Origin: an uncultured Flammeovirgaceae bacterium
GTDB taxonomy: Bacteria; Bacteroidota; Bacteroidia; Cytophagales; Cyclobacteriaceae
Assembly: GCA_913050055.1 (NCBI GenBank)
Contig: CAJXAT010000002.1
Coordinates: forward strand, 23,633-63,632
Direction of reading: 5' to 3'
DNA length: 40,000 nucleotides
Numbering within the stretch: position 1 is the stretch's first letter; each line of letters opens with the position of its first letter. Shown piece by piece: positions 28,556 to 38,927 of this stretch. A program made the position numbers and the translations under genes. The notes under the pieces are model-generated. The model made no database searches. It was not told where the DNA came from and saw only the letters and a list, made by a program, of their open reading frames with translations.

Positions 28556-30943
28556 CTAAAATTTAAAGTTGTAAGAAAAAGCAGGCACAAAAGAACCAAT
28601 GATAGAAATTTGAGAAGCCATGGTCTCTACGGGCTCATCAATAGGCTGCCTATCTGAACCTTGAGAAAACATGATGGCAAATGGATTCCTTCTGTTATAA
28701 ACATTGTAAACAGAAAATACGAAATAGTCAGTATTCTTTCTGCCTTTCTTACCAAAATATACATTGTCCCAAGTAACCGAAACATCCAATCTATGATAAT
28801 CAGGTATGCGAACATTCCCGCGCTCATTTTTTAACAATGGAATGACATAACCTTGTTGTGAAAAGCGATCGTTGGGAAAGGTAGTTGGCGTTCCTGAGAG
28901 ATAGCTAAAAACACCTGAAAGGGTTATTCTGTCATTGATTTGATAATTATTTGTGATTTTTAAATTATGCCTTTGGTCAAATCTATTGGGATACCATTGC
29001 CCTTTTCTTTCAGCCATATCTGTGCCATAATTAACGCCATCGATCTTCAACTCCGATTTTCCTAGAGTATAACTGATCCAACCATTGAAGCGCCCACGTG
29101 TTTTTCTCAAATACAGTTCCAATCCATAAGCCCGGCCATCACCTGAAAGCAGGTCCCCTTCCAAAAACTCATTGATCAAGATATCGGCACCATCAATATA
29201 GTCAACCTGATTTTTATTCCATTTATAATAAACCTCTGCAGAAGTTTCAAACAAGTTCCCCTGCAAATTCTTAAAATATCCCACAGCAATCTGATTTCCC
29301 GTCTGAGGTTTGATATTATTGGTACTTGGCTGCCAAACGTCAATAGGTGTTGCCGCTACCGTATTAGAAATCAAATGAATGAATTGATTCATTCGGTTGT
29401 AGCTCCCCTTAATCGAACTCGTAGGATTCAAGGTATAACGGAGAGAAGCTCGAGGTTCTAAAGCCTGATAATGAGCAATGGTTTCCATGTTATCGTGTGA
29501 CTGTGTTCCAATCCATGGTTTTCTTTCTCCGGGAATCGCTGTACCATAAGAATAAGAATTACCTCCACCTAAATAAAGAAAAGAAGATATTCTAAGACCA
29601 TATTGGATACTTAAACGGTCATTGATTTTTTGATTATTCCCAAAATAAACTGATGTCTCAAGAGATTTCTTTTTGTCTAGACTGATATCTGAAATAACCC
29701 CATCACTGACTCCAATCGCATTGGCAGGTTCAAATTCATAGAACAAAAATTCTGCTCCAAAAACAATCTCATTTTGGGTATTAAGGAAATAATTAAATTC
29801 AGGTTTAAAGTCATAATTCTTAATATTTGATGACCAATCGAATGTATCTGAAGCATCATCACCAAAACTAAATCCATAATCATAATCAGAAAATACGCCA
29901 GTAAAATTGGAAAATAATTTATCGCTAAAAAGGTGATTCCATCTAATCGTTCCTGTTTGATTACCCCAATCAAAGCCTTGTCGTTCATCAAACTTGAATA
30001 CATCTCGACCAAAATACCCGGATAAATAGACCCTATTTCTGTCATCTATGTCCCAATTTGCCTTTGCTGTTAGATCATAAAAATACAACGCCGCTCCATT
30101 GTCAAAAGCGTCTGTAAAGGGTTTTGCTAACACGTCCACGTAAGACCTTCGGCCTGCCAGAATAAAGGATGCTTTTTCCTTTTTAATCGGGCCTTCAACC
30201 GAGAATCTACTAAAAACAGTTCCAACACCTCCATTAAATTCAGAACCTTTATTATTCCCCTCCTTCATCCTTATATCCAGAATCGATGCCAACCTTCCTC
30301 CATAACGAGGAGGAATACCCCCTTTATATAATTTAACGTCTTTAACTGCATCCGGATTAAACACGGAAAAAAAACCAAATAAATGTGAGGTTTGATATAC
30401 TGGAGCTTCATCCAAAAGCACTAAATTCTGGCCGGAACCACCGCCTCGCACATTAAAACCAGAGGCTCCTTCACCCACTGTACTTACCCCAGGTAACAAC
30501 TGAATACTTTTAATGATATCTACTTCTCCAGCAAAAGTGGGTACTTTCAATATTGATTTGATATCTAGCTTAGCTGTACTCATCTCTACATCGCTGATAT
30601 TGGCATCTTCACGATTTGCGGACACCACCACCGAATTCAACTCCTTTTCAATCTCAACAAGTTCAATATCAAGACGCATATTCTCTGTCAGCGTCAAAAC
30701 CATATTCTGCGTATTAAAACCAACATATCTGAATTCAACGTCATAAGTGCCTGGAGTAACACTCAAAGAATAGAAACCATACACATTGGTAACCGCTCCA
30801 CCTTCCACTTGTTTGATGTATACTACTGCCCCAACAAGAGATTCCCCATTGGCTGCATCGCTAATTTCACCACTTAAAGTGACCATTTGCTGCGCAGACA
30901 ACCAACTGACATTGAAGAATATAATTAAAAAAAGTAGCCTCAT
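28556..30943 (-). CDS. TonB-dependent receptor with N-terminal carboxypeptidase-regulatory-like domain
   Basis: VTLSGEISDAANGESLVGAVVYIK, LLPGVSTVGEGASGFNVRGGGSGQNLVLLDEAPVYQTSHLFGFFSVFNPDAVKDVKLYKGGIPPRYGGRLASILDIRM, C-terminal barrel ending in F. Confidence 0.92.
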   Translation of the reverse strand: MRLLFLIIFFNVSWLSAQQMVTLSGEISDAANGESLVGAVVYIKQVEGGAVTNVYGFYSLSVTPGTYDVEFRYVGFNTQNMVLTLTENMRLDIELVEIEKELNSVVVSANREDANISDVEMSTAKLDIKSILKVPTFAGEVDIIKSIQLLPGVSTVGEGASGFNVRGGGSGQNLVLLDEAPVYQTSHLFGFFSVFNPDAVKDVKLYKGGIPPRYGGRLASILDIRMKEGNNKGSEFNGGVGTVFSRFSVEGPIKKEKASFILAGRRSYVDVLAKPFTDAFDNGAALYFYDLTAKANWDIDDRNRVYLSGYFGRDVFKFDERQGFDWGNQTGTIRWNHLFSDKLFSNFTGVFSDYDYGFSFGDDASDTFDWSSNIKNYDFKPEFNYFLNTQNEIVFGAEFLFYEFEPANAIGVSDGVISDISLDKKKSLETSVYFGNNQKINDRLSIQYGLRISSFLYLGGGNSYSYGTAIPGERKPWIGTQSHDNMETIAHYQALEPRASLRYTLNPTSSIKGSYNRMNQFIHLISNTVAATPIDVWQPSTNNIKPQTGNQIAVGYFKNLQGNLFETSAEVYYKWNKNQVDYIDGADILINEFLEGDLLSGDGRAYGLELYLRKTRGRFNGWISYTLGKSELKIDGVNYGTDMAERKGQWYPNRFDQRHNLKITNNYQINDRITLSGVFSYLSGTPTTFPNDRFSQQGYVIPLLKNERGNVRIPDYHRLDVSVTWDNVYFGKKGRKNTDYFVFSVYNVYNRRNPFAIMFSQGSDRQPIDEPVETMASQISIIGSFVPAFSYNFKF

Positions 30944-31330
30944 TGATAGTAAAAAAGTAAAAGTAATTATGGTTTCTGGCTTGTTTGTATTTATCGGGCA
31001 ATACTAATATTTAAAATTACCATGACTAAACTTTAGCTCAGTTAATTTAAAAAGAGGAATTTAAACATTAACCAAAAGACCAACATGAACATTTCATAAT
31101 TTTTGATCTTATTTAATAACAAAGGAACAAACACATCTTTAGCTGTCATAGTGCACTCAAAGAGCTGGATTTATTTTATTTGATGAAATCATATTACTCG
31201 CAATCAATAGCAATAATGCGTAGGTTGACATTACGACAAGTATCAAAAGAAGTTGGATTTTTATCATTTTCCTTTACCGTTTTTTTCTTCCCTCTTTTTT
31301 TTAAGCCAATTAATTCGTATGGCTGATTTC

Positions 31331-31702
31331 AAAAAAAAGGCATCCCACCACAGAAGTAGTAACTCCAAACCCTATTCCTAAATGACTCAACCAAAAGTAA
31401 AAAAGCAATTTAATAGACTAATCCAAAAGGTTTCGAAGTATCTAAATATCAACCTCAACGGTTCAAATATAATTATAAAGTAGTTAAAACGAGAAAAGGA
31501 GAAGTCTATCAGATTGTAAGAATATTGACTCTTAAATCATGGTTTATTTTAATCATGTGAGCAAATAATATGGAAGGATATAGATTAAATGGCCCTCTCA
31601 AAAAGTCCAGAAGTTTTTACTCTTTAATCAACTACCACCACATCTCGCTTTAATCGAAATCACAAAAAAAGATATCCCACCACTGAAGAAGCATCTCCAA
31701 AA
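31331..31702. repeat. Diverged direct repeat pair, 31331-31370 vs 31663-31702 (offset 332)
   Basis: AAAAAAA.G..ATCCCACCAC.GAAG.AG.A.CTCCAAA shared; about 32/40 by eye. Confidence 0.45.
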
Positions 31703-31867
31703 CCATCTAGCTAAGATGGCCCTTCAAGACGGCTCTTTCAAAAACACTGTAATCAAATACTTATTTCTTGATATGAACTCCGAAAATAATAATGTCAGTT
31801 ACTTGATACGATTTATCAACTCTTCCAAAAAAAACTCCTTTAAGGATGCCTTCTGGGATTTAGGCAA

Positions 31868-32827
31868 TCAAGAAATTAATTTTTTAATAATTAATTCAGC
31901 ATGCTCACGAGAATTCTCAATAAACCATTTGTTTGTTTTTAGGCCTCCGCAAATAACCCCAGCAAGAAAAATACCTGAGACATTGGTTTCCATAGTTTCA
32001 GAATTATGAACAGGCGTTCGATTGACATCTGTTCCTATCTTTACCCCCATAGAAGTTAAAAAATTAAAATCTGGCTGATAACCTGTCATTGCAAGAACAA
32101 AATCATTGACAAGAGTGATCTCACCCTCGGGTGTCTTAATGTCAATCTCATCCTGTCGAATCTCGGTAATCGTTGACTCAAAATAGGCTTTTATGGCTCC
32201 TTCCTCAATTCTATTTATAATATCTGGCCGAGCCCAATACTTCACATTGGACCCAATTTCAGCTTCTCGAACAATCATCGTTACCTTTTTTGCCCCTCTT
32301 CTGTAGGTATCTAAGGCAGCATCCACTGCCGAATTAGCGGATCCGATAACCGCTACATTCATTCCAAAATAGGGATGTGCCTCCTGATAATAATGCTCCA
32401 CTTTAGAAAGGGATTCGCCAGTGATATTTAACAAAAATGGCAAATCATAAAAGCCTGTTGCCACAATAATTGAGGCCGCTTGATGCGTAGCTTTTGTCGT
32501 CTTTATTTCAAAAAGTTGATTGCCCTTAACGACACTGACGATTTCTTCATACAAATTAACCTTTAAATCCCAAACAAGTGTTACCCTTCTGTAGTATTCT
32601 AAGGCTTCGGATCTCGTAGGTTTGGGACTGTTTGAAATAAAGGGGACTTCCCCTATTTCTAATCTATCTGAAGTAGAGAAGAAGGTCATGTTTGCCGGAT
32701 AATGATAGATTGAATTAACCAAAGTCCCCCGATCTACAATCAAGTTACTCAACCCTGCCTTTTTAGCCGCTATGGCACAAGCAAGGCCAATTGGACCCGC
32801 TCCAATAATCAAACAATCTACTTTCAA
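31868..32827 (-). CDS. ypdA: YpdA-family putative bacillithiol disulfide reductase
   Basis: DCLIIGAGPIGLACAIAAKKAGL, VVATGFYDLP-like, YFGMNVAVIGSANSAVDAALDTYRRGAKKVTMIVRE, LTGYQPDFNFL, NVSGIFLAGVICGG. Confidence 0.88.
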   Translation of the reverse strand: MKVDCLIIGAGPIGLACAIAAKKAGLSNLIVDRGTLVNSIYHYPANMTFFSTSDRLEIGEVPFISNSPKPTRSEALEYYRRVTLVWDLKVNLYEEIVSVVKGNQLFEIKTTKATHQAASIIVATGFYDLPFLLNITGESLSKVEHYYQEAHPYFGMNVAVIGSANSAVDAALDTYRRGAKKVTMIVREAEIGSNVKYWARPDIINRIEEGAIKAYFESTITEIRQDEIDIKTPEGEITLVNDFVLAMTGYQPDFNFLTSMGVKIGTDVNRTPVHNSETMETNVSGIFLAGVICGGLKTNKWFIENSREHAELIIKKLIS

Positions 32828-33405
32828 AATCGATATAATTTATGGGGTGTAATACAATAATCTAACGCAATATCATGCGCCTCGACATACGGAATTAAAT
32901 CAACTGGACCACTCAGGCATAATCCTATCTTTTGAACCTTAAGATGGCTGATTTCGGCCAATAACTCATCATAATAGCCTTTTCCGTAGCCAATCCTATT
33001 CCCTTTCTTATCCACAGCTAACAAGGGTACGAGAATCGCTTGTAAATCATCTAAAGCAGCAGAAGCCTGATGCACCGGTTCTGGAATACCATAGCGATTG
33101 ATTTGGATTTTATCGGTCGACTCATAAGTATGATGAGACATACTCCGATTTTGAAAATCTGTCTTGGATATCAATACCTGACGTCCGCAGGACCAAGAAG
33201 CTTGAATGATGGTTTGTGTCTCCGGTTCTTTGTTTTTGCCTATGGCGAGATAGGTGTGAAAATATTGAATATTAAGATTTTCCATCAAAGCTAAGCAAAG
33301 GTTTTGAATCTGCTGATTACGCTCGATATACACCTGAGCATCGAGCATCTTTCGATACATTAAAAAATGCTTTCTTAATTCCTCTTTTGAACTTATTCCT
33401 CCCAA
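32824..33405 (-). CDS. 5-formyltetrahydrofolate cyclo-ligase
   Basis: LQAILVPLLAVDKKGNRIGYGKGYYDELLAE (GxGxGYYD-type motif). Confidence 0.9.
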   Translation of the reverse strand: MGGISSKEELRKHFLMYRKMLDAQVYIERNQQIQNLCLALMENLNIQYFHTYLAIGKNKEPETQTIIQASWSCGRQVLISKTDFQNRSMSHHTYESTDKIQINRYGIPEPVHQASAALDDLQAILVPLLAVDKKGNRIGYGKGYYDELLAEISHLKVQKIGLCLSGPVDLIPYVEAHDIALDYCITPHKLYRF

Positions 33406-34949
33406 AACAGATAAAATGAAAATTCAAAGGGTTCAAATTCATCCAATAGCTCCTTAATTAGCGCTGTATTATTAAAATAAAAGTTTAAATAGTTTTCGCT
33501 ACGTTCTTGAAGAACCCCGTTCGGAAATAATCGATCCTTAATCCCCTCTATCTGTGTGAGTGCTGTTCGGTGATTTTTTTCTAAGGATTTTTTAAGCTTT
33601 TTCTCAATATGCGCTAACGCCTTTATGGCTTTCGCTTCTTCTGAGCCGATATAACCTCCCAAAGATTGATCAATCATTTCCACTTTTATTTTTATCGATT
33701 CAAACAAATCACTGAATGACTGCTTTTGATCATTTAGATTAGGTTGATACGTACTTGTCCGACTTAAATAATCTGCTTTCAATTGTTGTTTGCTTCGAAA
33801 GAGTTGCTCATTAGCTATGCCTAATTTTTTTGCCTTTTTTGCTGTGGTCTGATTAATAATCATCCCGAAATTTCGAGGCATTAAAACAGGAAAACTCATC
33901 TTGTAGTAATCAAAAACTCCTTTTAATTGTAGCCAATAAATGATCTCTGCTGACCCTCCTAAATAAGCTATATTGGGTAATATAACCTCTTGATAAACGG
34001 GTCTCATAATCACATTGGGACTGAACCTCTCTGGATAATGGTCAATCTCTGAAAGAATTTCCCGCTTGGTAAATTTAATGTCTGAGTTCACCACACTGAA
34101 ATTTTCGCCATCAGAAATAATACGTCTCCGAAAATCATCGAGATAGAAAAAGTTGATGGGCCTACTAAATGCTTGTGACTTGTAACCTAAATCGATCAAT
34201 TGCTCATTGGTCTGTTTTACCCTCTGATGCGTATTTTGATTGAGGATATCATCCTTCATTATAGGTGCAAACTGGGCCTTCAATTGAGGATCATCACCAT
34301 CAACCACGATCAGGCCTTCAGATCCAAAGAGTTCATTTACGTAAAATCGCACTGAATCTGCTAAAGTTTTAAATCGACCATAAGCTTTTTCAAATAACTC
34401 GACGTTCTCACGTACCTGATCCAGCACCTCAGTTAATGAAGAAGGATCAAATCTTCCTACTGCACCGGTTTGTTCGGTAGTCCATTGATATTTCTTACCA
34501 AACATATTGAAATAGCTAATTTCTTCAAAATCATGGTCTTCAGTAGCCATCCAATAGACGGGAATAAAATGATAATCAGGATAATGTGCCTTAAGCTTTT
34601 TTGATAAATTAATGGTAGTGATTAGCTTGAATAAAAAATAAAGAGGTCCTGTAAATATGTTTAACTGATGACCTGTAGTGACGGTGAAGGTACGCGCTTC
34701 TGAAAGGCTTTGAATGTTCTCCGAAAGTTTTGATACACAGGTCAAGCCGTCATACTGACGCTCTAAAGCATCTACAAGCGTCTTTCTATTTGCCGGACTA
34801 AAGGCTTTATTAGTGATTGCAGATTGAAAGGATTCAATTTTAGGCTTCCACTCATAAAATTCTTTCAACGCATCTTGTCCCTCAATATAATCTAAAAACA
34901 TCTTTGAAAAAGAGCCTACTTTTCGTAACGATAGATGTGTTTTTTTCAT
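33393..34949 (-). CDS. bshC: Bacillithiol biosynthesis cysteine-adding enzyme
   Basis: TVTTGHQLNIFTGPLYFLFKLITTINLSKKLK, FIPVYWMATEDHDFEEI, RPVYQEVILPNIAYLGGSAEIIYWLQLKGVFDYY. Confidence 0.94.
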   Translation of the reverse strand: MKKTHLSLRKVGSFSKMFLDYIEGQDALKEFYEWKPKIESFQSAITNKAFSPANRKTLVDALERQYDGLTCVSKLSENIQSLSEARTFTVTTGHQLNIFTGPLYFLFKLITTINLSKKLKAHYPDYHFIPVYWMATEDHDFEEISYFNMFGKKYQWTTEQTGAVGRFDPSSLTEVLDQVRENVELFEKAYGRFKTLADSVRFYVNELFGSEGLIVVDGDDPQLKAQFAPIMKDDILNQNTHQRVKQTNEQLIDLGYKSQAFSRPINFFYLDDFRRRIISDGENFSVVNSDIKFTKREILSEIDHYPERFSPNVIMRPVYQEVILPNIAYLGGSAEIIYWLQLKGVFDYYKMSFPVLMPRNFGMIINQTTAKKAKKLGIANEQLFRSKQQLKADYLSRTSTYQPNLNDQKQSFSDLFESIKIKVEMIDQSLGGYIGSEEAKAIKALAHIEKKLKKSLEKNHRTALTQIEGIKDRLFPNGVLQERSENYLNFYFNNTALIKELLDEFEPFEFSFYLFWEE

Positions 34950-34956
34950 GATTAAA

Positions 34957-36273
34957 CTAGGCTTTTATGGGTTTTGCATATAAATCAAAAGCCGATGCAG
35001 ATGTGATGACTACTTCACAAAAATCTCCCACCCTAAGATAACCATCATCCGAATTTATAAGTACTTCATTATCCACTTCAGGCGAATCATGCTCGGTACG
35101 TCCCACATATTGGCCTCCCTCAAACCGATCAATCAACACGCGGTATTTTTTCCCCACTTTTTCAGCATTTATTTCTTCGGAAATCTCCTCTTGTAGTTCC
35201 ATAATTGCCTCTAAGCGTTTTTGCTTTACCTCATCGGGAACATCATCTTTCATCGTATAAGAGTGAGTATCCTCCTCATGAGAATAGGTAAAGACACCTA
35301 ATCTCTCAAATCTATTTTTTTCAACAAAGTCCATCATATCCATAAATGCTTCTTCTGTTTCGCCCGGATGCCCAACGATCAGCGTAGTTCTAATGGCAAT
35401 TTTAGGAATTTTCTCTCTTATGTGATTCAAAAGAGCCTCTGTTTTCTCCCGAGTCGTACCTCTTCTCATCAATTCAAGCATACGCGTTGATCCATGCTGT
35501 AAGGGTATGTCCAGATAATTACAAATATTATTCCTCTTGGCCATCACATCCAAAACATCCATCGGAAATCCACTAGGAAAGGCATAGTGAAGCCTGATCC
35601 AATCAAGGCCTTCGACATCTGCCAACTGATTCATCAAATCAGCAAGCGCTCTTTTTTTATAGATATCTAGGCCATAATAAGTTGAATCTTGAGCGATTAA
35701 TAAAATCTCTTTGGTCCCATTTTTCACTAAATTCTTTACCTCCAAAAGAATCTCTTCAATGGGTTTTGAAACGTGCTTCCCACGCATCAATGGGATAGCG
35801 CAAAAGGTGCAGGGTCGGTCACAACCCTCGGATATTTTCAAATAAGCATAGTGGTTAGCCGTTGTAGTAATACGTTCCCCCAACAATTCATTTTTATAGG
35901 TAGCATTGAACCTTTTAAGGAGTAAAGGAAGCTCCATGGTACCAAACCAGCCATCCACATTTGTAATCTCTTTTTGAAGTGCTACTCTGTAGCGCTCCGA
36001 GAGACAGCCCGTGACAAAAACTTTCTCCACGATCCCCTCCTCTTTGGCATCTGCATACCTCAATATCGTATCGATCGATTCTTGCTTTGCATTATCAATA
36101 AACCCGCAAGTATTGATTACCACTATATTGGCATCATCCCTTTCTGACTCATGGATGGTGTCAATTTGGTTGCCTTTTAATTGGGTCAACATAACTTCTG
36201 AATCGACAATATTCTTGGAACACCCAAGTGTAACGATGTTCACTTTATCCTTCTTTCTTCCTTTGGTCTTCAC
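34957..36273 (-). CDS. rimO: Ribosomal protein S12 methylthiotransferase
   Basis: VTLGCSKNIVDSEVML, VVINTCGFIDNAKQESIDTI, KISEGCDRPCTFCAIPLMRGKHVSKP, IPLQHGSTRMLELMRRGTTR. Confidence 0.95.
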   Translation of the reverse strand: MKTKGRKKDKVNIVTLGCSKNIVDSEVMLTQLKGNQIDTIHESERDDANIVVINTCGFIDNAKQESIDTILRYADAKEEGIVEKVFVTGCLSERYRVALQKEITNVDGWFGTMELPLLLKRFNATYKNELLGERITTTANHYAYLKISEGCDRPCTFCAIPLMRGKHVSKPIEEILLEVKNLVKNGTKEILLIAQDSTYYGLDIYKKRALADLMNQLADVEGLDWIRLHYAFPSGFPMDVLDVMAKRNNICNYLDIPLQHGSTRMLELMRRGTTREKTEALLNHIREKIPKIAIRTTLIVGHPGETEEAFMDMMDFVEKNRFERLGVFTYSHEEDTHSYTMKDDVPDEVKQKRLEAIMELQEEISEEINAEKVGKKYRVLIDRFEGGQYVGRTEHDSPEVDNEVLINSDDGYLRVGDFCEVVITSASAFDLYAKPIKA

Positions 36274-36360
36274 AAAATAATATTAATTTTTTACAAAGCT
36301 AACACAAATGGAGTCGCTTAAGCATCCAAGATGAGCATCCATTCACTAACTTTGTAAATA

Positions 36361-36807
36361 ATGCGATTTTGGTTATTCTTTTTAAGTTTTGGTTTTTGCC
36401 TGTTCGAGTCCTGTAATGAGGTTGAGGATTGTACATTGGATCCTTATGGAAATTATGCGGTGGCCACATTTAATCTGTTAAGTGGTGAAAGTAAAATCAT
36501 TGCGTTTGATTCGATCATTTTGGAAGGTTTTGGTCGATTGCCAGGAGATCGAGACACACTCATAGGTATGCTACTCCCATTACCTGTTGAAAACACTGAA
36601 GTGGCCTTTCATTATTATACAGACAGTAGCCTTTATTCATTAGCCATTAGTTATAAAAGTCAACCCCTCATTTATGACCTTTCTTGCGAGGCTACCATTA
36701 GGTTTTATGACTTAGATACAAGCTATCAATCTTTTGACTCACTGGTCATCGTTGGATCAGAAGTTCATCTCGATTATGTTCCTATCAATTTTGAAATCTA
36801 TCTATAA
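36361..36807 (+). CDS. DUF6452-like putative lipoprotein
   Basis: MRFWLFFLSFGFCLFESCNEVEDCT...; followed by a DUF6048-like gene as commonly seen in Bacteroidota. Confidence 0.6.
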   Translation: MRFWLFFLSFGFCLFESCNEVEDCTLDPYGNYAVATFNLLSGESKIIAFDSIILEGFGRLPGDRDTLIGMLLPLPVENTEVAFHYYTDSSLYSLAISYKSQPLIYDLSCEATIRFYDLDTSYQSFDSLVIVGSEVHLDYVPINFEIYL

Positions 36808-37492
36808 CATTTTAATCCTTACATTTCTCCCTATTATTGGGATGAGTCAAACAGCAGATACTGTGCGAATTAAACCAGATTGGAATCCCTCGAGGTTGCA
36901 TGTTGGTATAGATGTCTCTAGATTAATGGGGACGGCTATAAAGCCCCATAAAAGTTCTTTGGGTGGAATGATCGATATCGATTTTCACCGATTCCTCCTT
37001 GCCTTTGAGGGTGGCGTAGAAGAAATAAACCGAATAAAAACTTACGAATATACCAACAAAGGAGCTTTTTTAAAGTGGGGCATCGATTATAATCTCATCC
37101 CTTCTAACAAATATAGAAATATGATTTCGTTAGGTCTAAGATATGCACAAAGCAGGTTTTCTGACCAATTGAATTTTACAGAGGAAAATCCTTGGTTTGG
37201 TAACCAAACCTTACAATTCTCAAATCAAAATATTTCAGCCCATTGGACAGAAATACTATTAAGACTCAATGTCCAGATTTGGAAAAATGTTTTTTTGGGC
37301 TCCGTCCTGCGCATAGAAATTATGAAAAATATTTCTGCTCCAGATCAATTCATCCCTTTTGATATCCCCGGCTGGGGTAGAAATTGGAAAAGTGGTACCG
37401 ATGAAAAACCAGCCAACATGGGATTCAGTTATTATCTGATCTATCATTTTCCCTTCCGAGAAAAAGAAATCCCTCTAAAAAAAATAAAATAA
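36776..37492 (+). CDS. DUF6048-like protein
   Basis: Signal peptide from Met 36776 (MFLSILKSIYNILILTFLPIIGMSQ); PSRLHVGIDVSRLMGTAIKPHKSSLGGMIDIDFHRFLLAFEGG; start 36734 less likely. Confidence 0.65.
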   Translation: MFLSILKSIYNILILTFLPIIGMSQTADTVRIKPDWNPSRLHVGIDVSRLMGTAIKPHKSSLGGMIDIDFHRFLLAFEGGVEEINRIKTYEYTNKGAFLKWGIDYNLIPSNKYRNMISLGLRYAQSRFSDQLNFTEENPWFGNQTLQFSNQNISAHWTEILLRLNVQIWKNVFLGSVLRIEIMKNISAPDQFIPFDIPGWGRNWKSGTDEKPANMGFSYYLIYHFPFREKEIPLKKIK

Positions 37493-37499
37493 CAGCGCA

Positions 37500-37790
37500 C
37501 TAAAGGAATTTAACATCATCAATGATATCTATACCCACCTTTTTATGAATTAATTTTAAAACCTTAGCCTTTGACATGTTGAGCTCTTGTTTTAGTGGCG
37601 CTGAATTCATGTTAACATAGAGTGTCTTTTTTTTGATAAACATTCGAGCCGTACGACTCGCAATAGTAGGCCCCATGAGTTCCTGCCACATACCAATAAG
37701 TTTATGCTCATTGAGCTTCCCCTCGAGCTTTTCTTCTTTTAAATATTTACCAATAGCCTCTCGTAAGCTTTGGGTACGTTCATGTTTCAT
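37500..37790 (-). CDS. DUF721 domain protein (DciA-like)
   Basis: LREAIGKYLKEEKLEGKLNEHKLIGMWQELMGPTIASRTARMFIKKKTLYVNMNSAPLKQELNMSK; next to recF. Confidence 0.85.
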   Translation of the reverse strand: MKHERTQSLREAIGKYLKEEKLEGKLNEHKLIGMWQELMGPTIASRTARMFIKKKTLYVNMNSAPLKQELNMSKAKVLKLIHKKVGIDIIDDVKFL

Positions 37791-38892
37791 AACTGTTTAC
37801 CTTCCCATTTTCTATTTCAAATATTTTAGCATTATAATTGTCCTTCAAAAGCAAAGATGTCCTTTCTTTTCGAGCATCTGTGATAAATACTTGACCAAAT
37901 CTTACCGAATCGCTTAATAAATCTGTGAGCCTCTCAATACGCTCATCATCTAGTTTATCAAAAACATCATCCAAAAGTAACATCGGCTTTGTCTTCGTCG
38001 CTTTAGCCAAATAATCATATTGCGAAAGTCTTAAGGCAATTAGAAAACTTTTTTGTTGACCTTGAGATCCAAACTTTTTTAAAGGCTGCCCATCCATCAA
38101 AAAGGAATAATCATCCTTGTGTGAACCTACATTTGTACGTTGGCTTACAAGATCTTTCTTTCGACTTTCTAAAAAAGTACGCTCAAAATCCATTGCCAAT
38201 ACTTGAGATTGGTAAGTCATTGAACAGGTTTCGCGTTCAAAAACAATCAGCCCTTCATTGGCGCTCAAAAATGGAATGAACTTATTAACAAAATCTGAAC
38301 GTACCTGGCTCAAGCTTTTGGACAACGTAATTAATTGGGTATCATAAGTGTCCAAAAGAGAACTATTGGAGCCATTTAAATGACCCTCCATGCTCCTCAG
38401 CAATGTGTTTCTTTGACTCAAAATCCTATTATATACCATTAAATCAGCTAAATATTCTTGATTGTATTGGGCAATACAACCATCTATCCACTTTCTGCGA
38501 ACCTCGCTGGTTTCCCGTATCAAATCGCTATCATAGGGGGTGCTCAGTACTAAAGGTAATTTGCCAATGTGTTCAATGATCCTCTTGTAGGAAGACCCAT
38601 TGAGTTTGATTACCTTTTTTTTCCTCAAATCATGGTAACAAATCACTTCATGGTATTTTCCGTCATTTTCAAAATTCCCTTTTACAAGAAAATACAAGGC
38701 TCCTTTTCTAATATTCTGATTGTCTGTATTTACAAAAGCGGTCTTCGTGAAGGTCAAATAATGTAAGGCATCTAATAAATTCGTTTTCCCCATACCATTC
38801 TGACCGAGGAATAACTGAATCCCCTCAGAAAATTCCAAGGCCAAATTTTCGTAATTCTTAAAATTTTGAAGTGCAAGTGCTTTGATTTTCAT
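37780..38892 (-). CDS. recF: DNA replication/repair protein RecF
   Basis: LQNFKNYENLALEFSEGIQLFLGQNGMGKTNLLDALHYLTF, SHKDDYSFLMDGQPLKKFGSQGQQKSFLIALRLSQ, MLLLDDVFDKLDDERI. Confidence 0.95.
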   Translation of the reverse strand: MKIKALALQNFKNYENLALEFSEGIQLFLGQNGMGKTNLLDALHYLTFTKTAFVNTDNQNIRKGALYFLVKGNFENDGKYHEVICYHDLRKKKVIKLNGSSYKRIIEHIGKLPLVLSTPYDSDLIRETSEVRRKWIDGCIAQYNQEYLADLMVYNRILSQRNTLLRSMEGHLNGSNSSLLDTYDTQLITLSKSLSQVRSDFVNKFIPFLSANEGLIVFERETCSMTYQSQVLAMDFERTFLESRKKDLVSQRTNVGSHKDDYSFLMDGQPLKKFGSQGQQKSFLIALRLSQYDYLAKATKTKPMLLLDDVFDKLDDERIERLTDLLSDSVRFGQVFITDARKERTSLLLKDNYNAKIFEIENGKVNSYET

Positions 38893-38896
38893 TAAA

Positions 38897-38927
38897 TTTG
38901 AGGAACAGTATATTTTAATTATTTTTG
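38897..38927 (+). promoter_or_regulatory. Putative Bacteroidota sigma-A promoter upstream of pdhA
   Basis: TTTG (38897-38900) - 19 nt - TATTTTTG (38920-38927), matching TTTG-N~19-TAnnTTTG. Confidence 0.6.

Noticed and set aside
29677-30045. 122-aa ORF listed on the minus strand within the TonB receptor region
   Set aside because: Alternative frame of the clearly coding TonB receptor gene; composition does not look like a real protein.
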